From an uncultured Acidobacteriaceae bacterium (GTDB lineage Bacteria; Acidobacteriota; Terriglobia; Terriglobales; Acidobacteriaceae), in contig CAWEEI010000006.1 in assembly GCA_963808025.1 (NCBI GenBank), positions 145,519-209,518 on the forward strand: a DNA stretch of 64,000 nucleotides, in the 5' to 3' direction. A program made the translations under genes and the position numbers. The notes below the pieces were generated by a model that was not told the origin of the DNA, ran no database searches, and was given only the letters and a program-made list of their open reading frames with translations. Shown in pieces: positions 23,742 to 35,764 of this stretch. Every line of letters begins with the position of its first letter. Position 1 is the stretch's first letter.

Positions 23742-25826
23742 ATGAGAGCTTTGCCAAGGACGCTTAGGGAATGCCGACGGATACGCTGGACGGTAATGGT
23801 TGTAGCGTGCCTAGCGTGTGGGAGTGCGGACGCGCTCAGCCAGCAGACCGCGAGTCCGATGGCGGCGGCAGGACTTCCGGCGCCAGCGGCGGCGATGCCG
23901 GCGGTTGCGCCGAATGGGGCGCAGGTATTTCCGCTGGCGGAGGTGCGGCGGGGGTTGCGCGGGGTGGCATATACGGTGTTTGAAGGGGTAACGCCGGAGC
24001 CGATGACGGTGGAGATTCTGGGTGTGCTGAAGGATGCGATCGGGCCGGGGCAGGACATGATCCTGGCGCGGCTGGGCGGTGAGAAGGCGGAGTACACAGG
24101 GGTGGTGGCGGGCATGAGCGGCTCGCCAGTGTATGTGGATGGGCGGCTGGTGGGGGCGATCAGCTACCGCATCGGCGAGTTTTCCAAGGAGCCGATCTGC
24201 GGGATCACGCCGATTGAGCAGATGCTGGAGGTGCGGGACGGAGCGGCAAGCCAGATGCAGGTGGCTGGGGTGGGGGGCGGGCAACGACTACAAAGTGCAA
24301 ATGCGGGGGTCCCTCCACTCCCCCTTCGACTCACTGCGCTCGCTCAGGGTCCGGTCGGGATGACGGCTTCTGGGGCAGTGCAGGGTGGGAACGGCGAGGT
24401 GCAGCCGATTGAGACGGCGCTGGTGTTTGGCGGGTTCTCGCAGGATGCGGTGGCGCGGTTTGGGGAGCGGTTTCGCGCGATGGGGATGACGCCGGTGGCG
24501 GGGTTGGGCGGCGCGGCGGCGGCGGGGACAAAGCAGCCGGAGCCGCTGGTGCCGGGGTCGGCGGTAAGCGCGGTGCTGGTGCGCGGCGACCTCTCGATCT
24601 CGGGGACGTGCACGGTGACGTATGTCGACCCGACGCAGCTGCTGGCGTGCGGGCATCCGATCACGCAGTTTGGGCCGGTGGAGATGCCGATGACCAAGGC
24701 GGAGGTGGTGGCGACGCTGGCCAGTCCGCTGAATGCGTTCAAGATCATCAATACGACGGAGACGGTGGGGTCGTTTACGGAGGACCGCGCGTCGGCGATT
24801 CTAGGGCGGTTTGGCGTGGATGCGCGGATGATTCCGGTGAGCGTGGAGGTGGTGCCGGAGGGGGTGGGGGGTAGTTCGCCGGTGAAGCGGGTTTCGATGC
24901 AGGAGACAGGGAGTATTCCCACGTCAGGCGGAAAGATGTCTGACCCTTCGGCAGGCTCAGGGCAGGCTATGGGGCACCCATTGATTGGGAAGTTGGGCGG
25001 GATGCACTTTGAGGTGCTGAACAACCGTGAGCTGACGCCGGCGGCGATGCTGGTGTCGGTGTATCAGAGCCTCTCCGGGACAAACGAAGCGGCGAATGAG
25101 ATGAGCTACCGCATGACGGGCGAGCTGACGCTGAAGGGGCTGCCGCCGGTGCGGCTGGAGGGGATGATGGCGCCGAACGAGGCGCAGTCGGGCGCGATCA
25201 GTGCGGCGCTGTTTGTGAACGACCGCTTCAGCCGGCTCTATCAGAACTCTGAAGAGCAGCCGGAGGTGACGGGACTGCAGCTGCGGATGGAGGCGATCCC
25301 TGAGCGGCGGACAGCGGTGCTGGAGGGCGCGCGGCTGGGGCAGACCGAGGTGCGCGCGGGCGATACGGTGGAGGTGGAGGCGACGCTCGATCCATACCAG
25401 GCGCAGGCGCAGGTGGTGCGGCTGCAGGTGAAGCTGCCGGACAGCCTGACGCCGGGGCCGCTGCGCATGGTGGTGAGCGATGGCGCGACTCTGGACCGGC
25501 TGACCGGTGTGGGCGCGGCGGGAGCGGGGGTGTTGCAGATGGCGGGTGCGGGGCAACATCCGGTGTCGCTGGCGGATGCCGTGGCGAAGATGAACCGGAG
25601 TCATGCGAACGATCGGATCTATGTCACGTTGCTGGACCACACGGCGCAGGCGGAGCTGGATGCGGAGTCGCTGCCGGCAGTTCCGCTCTCGATGGCGAAT
25701 GTGCTGGAGCCGTTGAAGGCGACGCAGCAGATGCAGTTGACGGGTGAGAGCGCGGTGGAGGCGGGGTCGATTGCGACCGGGTACGCGGTGACGGGCGCGC
25801 AGGTGCTGACGCTGGATGTGAAGTAA
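23742..25826 (+). CDS. SpoIVB peptidase S55 domain protein
   Basis: GVVAGMSGSPVYVDGRLVGAISY, GITPIEQM, GTCTVT..ACGHP; signal peptide. Confidence 0.88.
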   Translation: MRALPRTLRECRRIRWTVMVVACLACGSADALSQQTASPMAAAGLPAPAAAMPAVAPNGAQVFPLAEVRRGLRGVAYTVFEGVTPEPMTVEILGVLKDAIGPGQDMILARLGGEKAEYTGVVAGMSGSPVYVDGRLVGAISYRIGEFSKEPICGITPIEQMLEVRDGAASQMQVAGVGGGQRLQSANAGVPPLPLRLTALAQGPVGMTASGAVQGGNGEVQPIETALVFGGFSQDAVARFGERFRAMGMTPVAGLGGAAAAGTKQPEPLVPGSAVSAVLVRGDLSISGTCTVTYVDPTQLLACGHPITQFGPVEMPMTKAEVVATLASPLNAFKIINTTETVGSFTEDRASAILGRFGVDARMIPVSVEVVPEGVGGSSPVKRVSMQETGSIPTSGGKMSDPSAGSGQAMGHPLIGKLGGMHFEVLNNRELTPAAMLVSVYQSLSGTNEAANEMSYRMTGELTLKGLPPVRLEGMMAPNEAQSGAISAALFVNDRFSRLYQNSEEQPEVTGLQLRMEAIPERRTAVLEGARLGQTEVRAGDTVEVEATLDPYQAQAQVVRLQVKLPDSLTPGPLRMVVSDGATLDRLTGVGAAGAGVLQMAGAGQHPVSLADAVAKMNRSHANDRIYVTLLDHTAQAELDAESLPAVPLSMANVLEPLKATQQMQLTGESAVEAGSIATGYAVTGAQVLTLDVK

Positions 25827-25932
25827 TTGTGAGTAATGAGTTGTGATCGATGATTTGTGTGAGTTCAGCAACGGATGGGGTGGGGCGTTTGGCTCCGCCT
25901 CTTTTATTTTGGATAGGCGGTAGACTGCGAGG

Positions 25933-28224
25933 ATGAGGATGCGGAGTGGTTTGGCGGTGGTTGGTGTTGTGAGTTTGGGCGCGGTGCTGCTGGGATTGAG
26001 CGCGGGGGCGGCGGCGCAGGGGACCAAGCAGTGGACGACCTCGCGCTACGACGAGATGGAGCAGGGGACGACAGAAGGCGTCGCGATCGGCGGGGATGGG
26101 CGGCTGGAGGCCGGGCCAGCGACTTCCCTGCTCTATGCGACGGCCGGGAATTATGTGTGGTCGGTGGCCGCCGACCCTGCGGGCAATGCGTATGTGGGGA
26201 TGGGTGGCGTGGCGGCGGGCAGCGCGGTGGTGATGCGGGTCGCGCCGGATGGCAAAGCGGCGAAGGTCTTCGAGGGGAAAGAACTTGGAGTGCAGGCGGT
26301 GCGGGTGGGCGGGGATGGACGCGTGTATGTGGCGACCTCGCCGGAGGGGAAGGTGTATCGGCTGGGAGCTGATGCGGGTGCGACCGCAGCAGACGCTGCG
26401 GTGGTCTTCGATCCGGCGCAGACGGCGGAGAAGCCGAAGTATCTGTGGGACGTGGTGCAGGCGGGCGGCGGGGACATATATATAGCTACGGGCGCGCCGG
26501 CCGTGGTCTATCGCGTGCCTGCGGGCGGAGGCAAAGCTGAGGTTGCGTTCCAGACGGCGGACCAGCACATTCGCTGCCTGCTGATGGCGGCGGACGGAAC
26601 GCTGTGGGCGGGCAGCGATGGCAGCGGGGTGATCTACAAATTCGATACGAAGCTGGTGGGGGCGAAGCCGTTTGCGGTGTATGCCGCGGCGAAGAAGGAG
26701 ATCACCGCGCTGGCGATGGATGGCGCGGGCAATGTATACGCGGCGGGAGTGGGCGCGAAGGCTGCGCCGGGCCCCGTGGGGAGCCAGCCTGGGCTGCCTC
26801 CTCTGCCGGTGACCGGAGCGGTGGGGGTGACGATCACGTTTGCGCAGCCGGGTTCGGCGAATGCGGCGACGGCGAATACGCTGGTCCCGGAGGGTTCGGA
26901 GATTTACAGGATCGCGCCGGATGGGAGCCCGGAGAAGTTGGCTGCGCTGAAGGACGATGTGGTGTATGCGCTGGCGGTGCATGCGGGGAGTTTGCTGGCG
27001 GCTACAGGCAATCGCGGGCGGGTGTATCGCGTGGGGATTGGCGGTGCTTCGGGCAGCTCTGCGGACGATGCGGGGCGGTTGACTGACGTGGCGCATCTGG
27101 AGGCCTCGCAGGGGATGGCGTTCGCGACGGTGAAGGATGGGATGCTGGTGGCGACGAGCAACAGCGGGAAGGTCTTTCGCCTGGAAGACAAGGCGGCGGC
27201 GAATGCGACGTATACCAGCGAGGTGTTCGATGCGGATGTGTTTTCGAAGTGGGGGCGGGTGGAGGTGCGGCCGGAGGTTGCAGTGGGCGCGGGGTTCGAT
27301 CTGTTTGTGCGCAGCGGCAATGTGCAGAGTCCACTGATGGGATGGAGCGACTGGTCGCCGGTGTCGCGGCAGGGTGCGGTGACGGTGCCGGGCGGGCGGT
27401 TTGCACAGTGGAAGGCAGTGCTGCGCGCGGGCGGAGAGATTAACTCGGTGGGGCTGAATTATCTGGAGAAGAACCTGGCGCCGGTGGTGGAAGATGTTGC
27501 GGTGCAGCCGGGGGCACGGGTGCAGGCGAACGCGATCCAGCAGGCGAATGGCACGGTGCAGGTGAGCTTCCCTGCCCCGGCGAATGCAGCGGGTGTACAG
27601 GTGTTTACACCGGACGCGAACGCGCAGCCGCTGATGGCGCAGAAGGACAAGACCGCGGTGACGGTGCGCTGGGCCGCGCACGACGACAATGGCGACGACC
27701 TGATCTACAGCGTGTGGTATCGCGGGGTGGGGGAGCGGAACTGGCTGCTGCTGAAGGACAAGATAAGCGAGAAGTTTTTGAGCTTCGATTCGGAGTTGTT
27801 GCCGGACGGCAATTACGAGGTGAAGGTGGTGGCGAGCGATGCGCCGGACCATACCGACGCCGACGCACTGACGGGTGAGCGGGTGAGCGAGGCGTTTGTA
27901 GTGGATACCACTCCGCCGGTGCCAGGGGTGCTAACGGCGGCGCTTGTGCCGGGCACTGCGGGGAAGATCCAGGCGACTTTTGAGGCGAGGGATGCGACCT
28001 CGCCGATCGCCCACGCGGAGTACTCGGTGGATGCGGGGCCGTGGCAGTATCTGGAGCCGGTGGGGGGCGTGTCAGACTCGTTGGAAGAGCGGTACGACTT
28101 TATAGCGGCCGTGCCCGCGGCAAATGCAACCGAACAGGTTACAGATGCGCGGGAGCATGTGCTGGCGGTGCGGGTGTACGACCGGTATGAGAATGTGGCG
28201 GCGGTGAAGACGGTGGTGCGGTAG
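25933..28224 (+). CDS. Secreted beta-propeller protein with C-terminal Ig/FN3-like domain
   Basis: Repeated blades (YVWSVAADPAGNAYVG, GRVYVATSPEGKVYRL, GTLWAGSDGSGVIY); WAAHDDNGDDL..DGNYEVKVVASD..VDTTPP. Confidence 0.85.
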   Translation: MRMRSGLAVVGVVSLGAVLLGLSAGAAAQGTKQWTTSRYDEMEQGTTEGVAIGGDGRLEAGPATSLLYATAGNYVWSVAADPAGNAYVGMGGVAAGSAVVMRVAPDGKAAKVFEGKELGVQAVRVGGDGRVYVATSPEGKVYRLGADAGATAADAAVVFDPAQTAEKPKYLWDVVQAGGGDIYIATGAPAVVYRVPAGGGKAEVAFQTADQHIRCLLMAADGTLWAGSDGSGVIYKFDTKLVGAKPFAVYAAAKKEITALAMDGAGNVYAAGVGAKAAPGPVGSQPGLPPLPVTGAVGVTITFAQPGSANAATANTLVPEGSEIYRIAPDGSPEKLAALKDDVVYALAVHAGSLLAATGNRGRVYRVGIGGASGSSADDAGRLTDVAHLEASQGMAFATVKDGMLVATSNSGKVFRLEDKAAANATYTSEVFDADVFSKWGRVEVRPEVAVGAGFDLFVRSGNVQSPLMGWSDWSPVSRQGAVTVPGGRFAQWKAVLRAGGEINSVGLNYLEKNLAPVVEDVAVQPGARVQANAIQQANGTVQVSFPAPANAAGVQVFTPDANAQPLMAQKDKTAVTVRWAAHDDNGDDLIYSVWYRGVGERNWLLLKDKISEKFLSFDSELLPDGNYEVKVVASDAPDHTDADALTGERVSEAFVVDTTPPVPGVLTAALVPGTAGKIQATFEARDATSPIAHAEYSVDAGPWQYLEPVGGVSDSLEERYDFIAAVPAANATEQVTDAREHVLAVRVYDRYENVAAVKTVVR

Positions 28225-28262
28225 GGGTTCGTATCTTAATTACATGATGCGCTCAGTCCAAG

Positions 28263-28511
28263 CTACTGAATGAACCTCTTCGGCGGCCCGGAGTCAATCG
28301 CCGAGTCCCCGGCTTGCGATTGCGCTTTACGCTCGGCTTGGTAGGCGGCCTGGTCGGCGAGAAGGGCTTCGAACCGGGACGCCATCGCCTTGTGGTGACG
28401 CTCCATTTGCTCCTGGATGCAGTCGAGCTTGGCCGCAATCGCCCTGATTTCGACTAGGATTTCTTCCTCAAGCATCTTACGTATCTCGAAGATGATCTCG
28501 TCGTCTGTCAT
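28263..28511 (-). CDS. Small coiled-coil hypothetical protein
   Basis: MTDDEIIFEIRKMLEEEILVEIRAIAAKLD... Confidence 0.6.
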   Translation of the reverse strand: MTDDEIIFEIRKMLEEEILVEIRAIAAKLDCIQEQMERHHKAMASRFEALLADQAAYQAERKAQSQAGDSAIDSGPPKRFIQ

Positions 28512-28535
28512 CCTGCAATAGTACGCTAGAGGCTT

Positions 28536-29777
28536 ATGCGGTTTGAGTTGTTCATTGCGGCGCGGTATCTGAGGGCGAAGCGGCGGCAGGCGGTGGTGGG
28601 GGTGATTACCGCGATCAGTGTGATTGGCGTTGCGGCGGGCGTGGCTTCGCTGATTATCGCGCTGGCGATTACAAATGGGATGCGGCGCGACCTGCAGGAG
28701 AAGCTGGTGGGCTCTACCGCGCATGTGGAGCTAATGAAGGTTGCGGCGGACGGCATCAGCGACTGGCGGCCGCTGCTGGCGCGGCTGCGCGCGTTGCCGC
28801 ATGTGACGGCGGCTGCTCCGGGACTGTATGGGCAGGTGCTGATCTCGCGCGGGGCGAGGAGCGGCGGGGCGCTGGTGAAGGGCGTGGTTCCGGCGGATGA
28901 GCGAACGGTGGGGGACCTGTTGCAGTCGGTGAAGGAGGGGAGTGCGGAGGAGTTGGAGCCGGTTGCGGCAGCCGCCGGACAGCAGTTGCCGCCGATTGTG
29001 ATTGGCAGCGATCTGGCGGAGACGCTGGGGGCGATGGTGGGCGACAAGGTGATGGTGACGAGTCCGCAGGGGGAGCTGACGCCGCTGGGGATTGTGCCGA
29101 AGTATCAGGGGTATCGCGTGGTTGGGATCTTCAAGTCGGGGTTCTATCAGTACGACTCGAGCTACGCGTTCGTACGACTGGCCGACGCGCAACTTCTCTT
29201 CTCGGAGCCGGACCTGATCTCAGTGATCAGCTTCAAGGTCGACGATATGTATAAGGCCGGCGAGGTGGGGCGCGAGATCGAAGAGGCCGCGGGGATGGGC
29301 TTCGAGACGACCAATTGGATGGAGGAGAACCGCGAGCTGTTTCGCGCGCTGCGGCTGGAGCAGGTGGTGACGTTCATTATCCTGGCGCTGATTGTGTGCG
29401 TGGCGGCGCTGAATATCCTGATTGCCCTGACCATGATGGTGATGGAGAAGACGCGCGACATCGCGGTAATGATGAGCTTTGGCGTGCGCGTGGACCAGGT
29501 GCGGCGGATTTTTCTGCTGCAGGGGCTGCTGATCTCGGTGATTGGCACGGCGCTGGGGTTGGTGCTGGGCTACGCGCTGAGCTGGGTGGGTGGGCACTAT
29601 CGGTTTATTCATCTCGACGCGGAGGTGTACTCGATCGACTATCTGCCGTTCGCGCCGCGCGTGGTGGATGCGTTGATTGTGGCGGCGGTGAGTCTGGGCG
29701 TCAGTCTGCTTGCTACGATCTATCCCAGCGGGAGCGCGGCGAAGGTGCTGCCCGCGGAGGCGCTGCGGTATGAGTGA
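28536..29777 (+). CDS. lolE: Lipoprotein-releasing ABC transporter permease LolC/E
   Basis: MRFELFIAARYLRAKRR..GVAAGVASLIIALAITNG..VAALNILIALTMMVMEKTRDIAVM..PAEALRYE. Confidence 0.93.
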   Translation: MRFELFIAARYLRAKRRQAVVGVITAISVIGVAAGVASLIIALAITNGMRRDLQEKLVGSTAHVELMKVAADGISDWRPLLARLRALPHVTAAAPGLYGQVLISRGARSGGALVKGVVPADERTVGDLLQSVKEGSAEELEPVAAAAGQQLPPIVIGSDLAETLGAMVGDKVMVTSPQGELTPLGIVPKYQGYRVVGIFKSGFYQYDSSYAFVRLADAQLLFSEPDLISVISFKVDDMYKAGEVGREIEEAAGMGFETTNWMEENRELFRALRLEQVVTFIILALIVCVAALNILIALTMMVMEKTRDIAVMMSFGVRVDQVRRIFLLQGLLISVIGTALGLVLGYALSWVGGHYRFIHLDAEVYSIDYLPFAPRVVDALIVAAVSLGVSLLATIYPSGSAAKVLPAEALRYE

Positions 29778-29803
29778 GCTATGATGAGAGCGAGGACTTC
29801 ACT

Positions 29804-30052
29804 ATGAGCGTGATCGAAGATACTCGGAAGGTGATGCAGGATTTTCTCGCACCTGAGCTGCGGGCCATCGCGGTGCGCCTGGATGCGCTGGAGAAGCAGC
29901 TGAATGGAGTGGACAAGCGCTTCGAGGACAGCGACCGGCGAGCCGAGAAGCGACATGATGAAGTACTGACGGCGATCGCGCGCATGAGCGATATCAGTGA
30001 CCTTCGAGAGCGGTTGGCTCGGTTGGAAGCCACGGATAGGCCCCATCAGTAA
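29804..30052 (+). CDS. Small coiled-coil hypothetical protein
   Basis: GAGG RBS; MSVIEDTRKVMQDFLAPELRAIAVRLDALEKQL. Confidence 0.7.
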   Translation: MSVIEDTRKVMQDFLAPELRAIAVRLDALEKQLNGVDKRFEDSDRRAEKRHDEVLTAIARMSDISDLRERLARLEATDRPHQ

Positions 30053-30060
30053 GTTGGGCA

Positions 30061-30504
30061 TCAGCCCCAGTCCGACACATAGTCCGGCGCCTTGGGTATT
30101 TGAACGGTAAATCGCACAGCGAGAACCTTCGGCCCGAATTGCTTTGTCGCATTCGGAAAGCTGTCCGTGAAGGAGAACTCCTCCTTGGAAGGGTCAAAGG
30201 CATCCATTCCAGTGCGGTTGGCGACCACTCTCCCACAAAAAGCAAACCAGCCGCCGTAAGGAATAAGTCCGTCGATCTCTTCGCCCCAGGAATATACCTC
30301 CCACTCCTTGAGCGGATCGACACCGAGACGATCCAACAAAGCCAGCAAGCTGGGACCGTAAGCTACGCTCCTAAATTGCCGGAAGTTCTTGCACCCTCCA
30401 CAGGCACATATGTCCGTTCCCAGCTCGCTGATTGCCATGTACGCTGACATCGTGGCTTGGCGGTCATACAGGATGATTTGGTCGTTGAGGGTCAGCTCTT
30501 CCAT
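30061..30504 (-). CDS. Lower-GC hypothetical protein with CxCxxC motif
   Basis: ICACGGCKNF..LDRLGVDPLKEWEVY..YGGWFAFCG. Confidence 0.7.
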   Translation of the reverse strand: MEELTLNDQIILYDRQATMSAYMAISELGTDICACGGCKNFRQFRSVAYGPSLLALLDRLGVDPLKEWEVYSWGEEIDGLIPYGGWFAFCGRVVANRTGMDAFDPSKEEFSFTDSFPNATKQFGPKVLAVRFTVQIPKAPDYVSDWG

Positions 30505-30548
30505 GGAGCAAAGATAGCGTGCGGCTAGAATCTTTGCGAGGGAGATTT

Positions 30549-31016
30549 ATGGCGGCACGATTGGAATATGGGAAGTTGGCGCCGGAGGGGTTGGCGCGGA
30601 TGCGCGCGCTGGAGCATTACCTGAACACCGGCACGGGGCTCGAGCCGGTGCTGCTGGACCTGGTGCGGCTGCTGGCCTCGCGGATGAATGGGTGCGAGTA
30701 CTGCATCCAACTGCATACGGCGGAGCTGCGCAAGCTGCATGAGCCGGACACGCGCATCGCCGAGGTGGTGGAGTGGCGGAGTTCGGGGGCGTATACGCAG
30801 CGGGAGCGGGCGGCGTTTGCGTGGACGGAGGCGCTGACGAACATCCAGGAGGGCCATGCGCCGGATGAGGTGTACGACGAGGTGCGCGCGCACTTCAGCG
30901 ACGTGGAGACGGTGAATTTGACGCTGGCGATTACGACGATCAATGCGTGGAACCGGCTGTCGATTTCGCTGGGGGATTTTCCGGGGCATAAGGGCGGCGG
31001 GGCGGTGGTGAGTTGA
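30549..31016 (+). CDS. Carboxymuconolactone decarboxylase / AhpD-like family protein
   Basis: LVRLLASRMNGCEYCIQLH..ERAAFAWTEALT..TINAWNRL. Confidence 0.92.
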   Translation: MAARLEYGKLAPEGLARMRALEHYLNTGTGLEPVLLDLVRLLASRMNGCEYCIQLHTAELRKLHEPDTRIAEVVEWRSSGAYTQRERAAFAWTEALTNIQEGHAPDEVYDEVRAHFSDVETVNLTLAITTINAWNRLSISLGDFPGHKGGGAVVS

Positions 31017-31032
31017 ATGGGCGAGTGCATGT

Positions 31033-31095
31033 CCCGGGGGCTGAAGCCCGAATCTTCTGTGGACCGATAATGTCCGGACTGAAGCCCGGACCTAT
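31033..31095 (+). repeat. Intergenic palindromic repeat (GGGCTGAAGCCC type)
   Basis: cgggggctgaagcccg ... tccggactgaagcccgga. Confidence 0.55.
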
Positions 31096-31118
31096 CTAAG
31101 AGCCAGGGCAAATACGCC

Positions 31119-31825
31119 ATGACGGCGATGTTGCGGGCGGTGGGGTTGGCGAAGGTGTATCCGGCGGTGCGTGGATGCGGCGGGCGGCGCGGGGCGAGGC
31201 GAGGTGGTGCTGTTTCGCGGGCTGGATTTTGCGGTGGCGTGCGGGGGAGATGGTGGCGATTGTGGGGGAGAGCGGGTCGGGCAAGAGCTCGCTGCTGCAT
31301 CTGCTGGCGGCGCTGGACACGGCCGACGGAGGGAGAGGTGTGGGTCGGAGATACGCGGCGTGGGCGGGTTGAATGCGCGGCAGGCGGCGGAGTTCCGCAA
31401 TCGCGACGTGGGGTATGTCTGGCAGTTCCACTATCTGCTGCCGGAGTTTACCGCGGTGGAGAATGTGGCGATGCCGCTGCTGGCGCGGGGCGAGCGCAAG
31501 GCGAGCGGCGATGGAGAAGGCGCGGGGGTGGCTGGGCGAGGTTGGGCTGGCGGAGCGGGCGGAGCACCGGTCGGGCGAGTTGAGCGGCGGCGAGCAGCAG
31601 CGGGTGAGCCTGGCGCGCGCGCTGGTGACGGGGCCGAAGCTGCTGCTGGCGGATGAGCCGACGGGCGATCTGGACGGGAAGACGGCGGAGGCGGTGTTTG
31701 GGCTGATTCAGCGGCTGCATCGGGAGCATGGGCTGACCAGCGTTCTGGTGACGCACAATATGGAGTTTGCGCGGCGGTGCGGGCGGGTGCTGCGGCTGCG
31801 GGATGGGCGGCTGGAGGCGGGTTGA
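31119..31825 (+). CDS. lolD: Lipoprotein-releasing ABC ATPase LolD; frameshifted
   Basis: GESGSGKS Walker [42 protein letters not shown]. Confidence 0.9.
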
Positions 31826-32144
31826 GCGGGTTGTGTAGCTTGCAGGTTGCAGCGGTTCGAACTGGGCTTGCTGGTTGGGGGGTGCACCGGAATTGGTGCT
31901 AGATTTGCACAGTGAGGGCGTTGCACCGGGGTGTTACGTTAGTCAGAACTTTCGAGTGATTGGGAATATTCGCACACAACGACTACACTAGGTAGGAGTG
32001 GAATGGGCGTTCCGTCACTCCGGAATGCGTCCAATGAGGAGCATCCTGAGGGTCTCGGCGAGCGATTGGCGCAGGGGCGGGCTGGATAGATGGTGCTGCA
32101 TCGCGCCGTCAGGGCAGGTGCAGTGGCCGGCTTGAAGGGGGAAC

Positions 32145-34623
<2,479 letters not shown>

Positions 34624-34733
34624 AGAGCAGTTGTGAGTTGGTAGTTGTGAGTTGATATTGAGGGGATTCGCGAGACTTGCGAGTCCCCTCTTCCGTCTTG
34701 GATGTATCTTGTTTGGCGGAGGAGAACTTCCAG

Positions 34734-35231
34734 ATGATGGATCGGCGTGAGTTTGCTTCGATAGTGCCGGCACTGCTGGCGATCGCGGGGGCGCTACCGG
34801 CGGAGGCGCAGTCGGGTGCGGCGCCGCAAGGCGGCAGGAACAGGCGCAGGTGCTGCTGCTGGCGCTGTGCCGCGTCCGTTGAAGGAGCTGACTTCGGGGG
34901 TCTTCAAGCCGCAGCCGGGACGCGGGATGGCAGGGCGGGCATGAGTCGCACCAGTTCCTGACGGGGATGCTCCCGGCGGGGAACGATCCGGCTGGAGATG
35001 CATGAGTCGGTGCAGCAGCCGGGCGCTCCGCATGAGGCGGTGGGGACGCACAAGCACAGCGAGATATGGCTGGTGCAGCGTGGTACGGCGACGCTCTATC
35101 TGAATGGCACCGAGCACACGATGGAGGCGGGCGATGTGGGGCTGTGCTGCGCGGGGGATGAGCACTGGATCGCGAACAAGAGCGATGCGGAGATGGCTTA
35201 TTTTGTGGTGACGGTGGGGCCGCCGGAGTAG
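34734..35231 (+). CDS. Tat-signal cupin domain protein; frameshifted
   Basis: MDRREF; HKHSEIWLVQRG..EHWIAN..YFVVTVGP. Confidence 0.75.
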
Positions 35232-35257
35232 TGCTAGCGCAATCCGACTTGAAACAC

Positions 35258-35290
35258 AAACGCCTCGGACGTATGCCGAGGCGTCTGTGC
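35258..35290. terminator. Hairpin between convergent genes
   Basis: aaacgcctcgg-acgtatg-ccgaggcgtct. Confidence 0.55.
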
Positions 35291-35332
35291 TTGCGCTTCG
35301 CAGATCTGGGGAGCGCTGCTGCGTGGGAAGGG

Positions 35333-35627
35333 CTACATCAAGGACTGGACGCTCTTGACTGCGCCAGTGGCTACGCCGGTGGCCTTGTCGACCACATCGT
35401 CGACCTGGCCCTTGGTGCGCTTGATGGTCTTCTGCGCTTCCTTGCTGAGGTATTCGGCCTGCTCTTTGAGGTAGGCTGCGGCGTCCTCGAGATAGTCGAC
35501 GCCGTCGTCGATGTTCGCTTCAGCTGGCGGCGGGTCTTGACTCCGGGTTGGGAGCGTAGAGGAGAGCGACGGCGGCTCCTGCCGAGACGCCCAGGCCAAA
35601 AGCGATCCAGATACCTTTTGCACTCAT
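35333..35627 (-). CDS. YtxH-domain protein; frameshifted
   Basis: MSAKGIWIAFGLGVSAGAAVALLYAP..GVKTRRQL then helical stretch. Confidence 0.75.
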
Positions 35628-35764
35628 ACTGTCTCCCTCGTAGACGAATTGTCATCTGCTGAAATGAGATTCAGGCGGACCGCGATTGGTTGCGTTTTGT
35701 TCGATGCAGATTGCGAGTTCGACCCGATCGCGGTGCGCGGACTGTGCCGGGCATCACAGCCGGC

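Noticed and set aside
31882-31901. tgcacc-ggaatt-ggtgct upstream of clpC as an NtrC-like site
   Set aside because: Spacer is one base longer than TGCACC-N5-GGTGCA, one arm is mismatched and no sigma-54 promoter is evident
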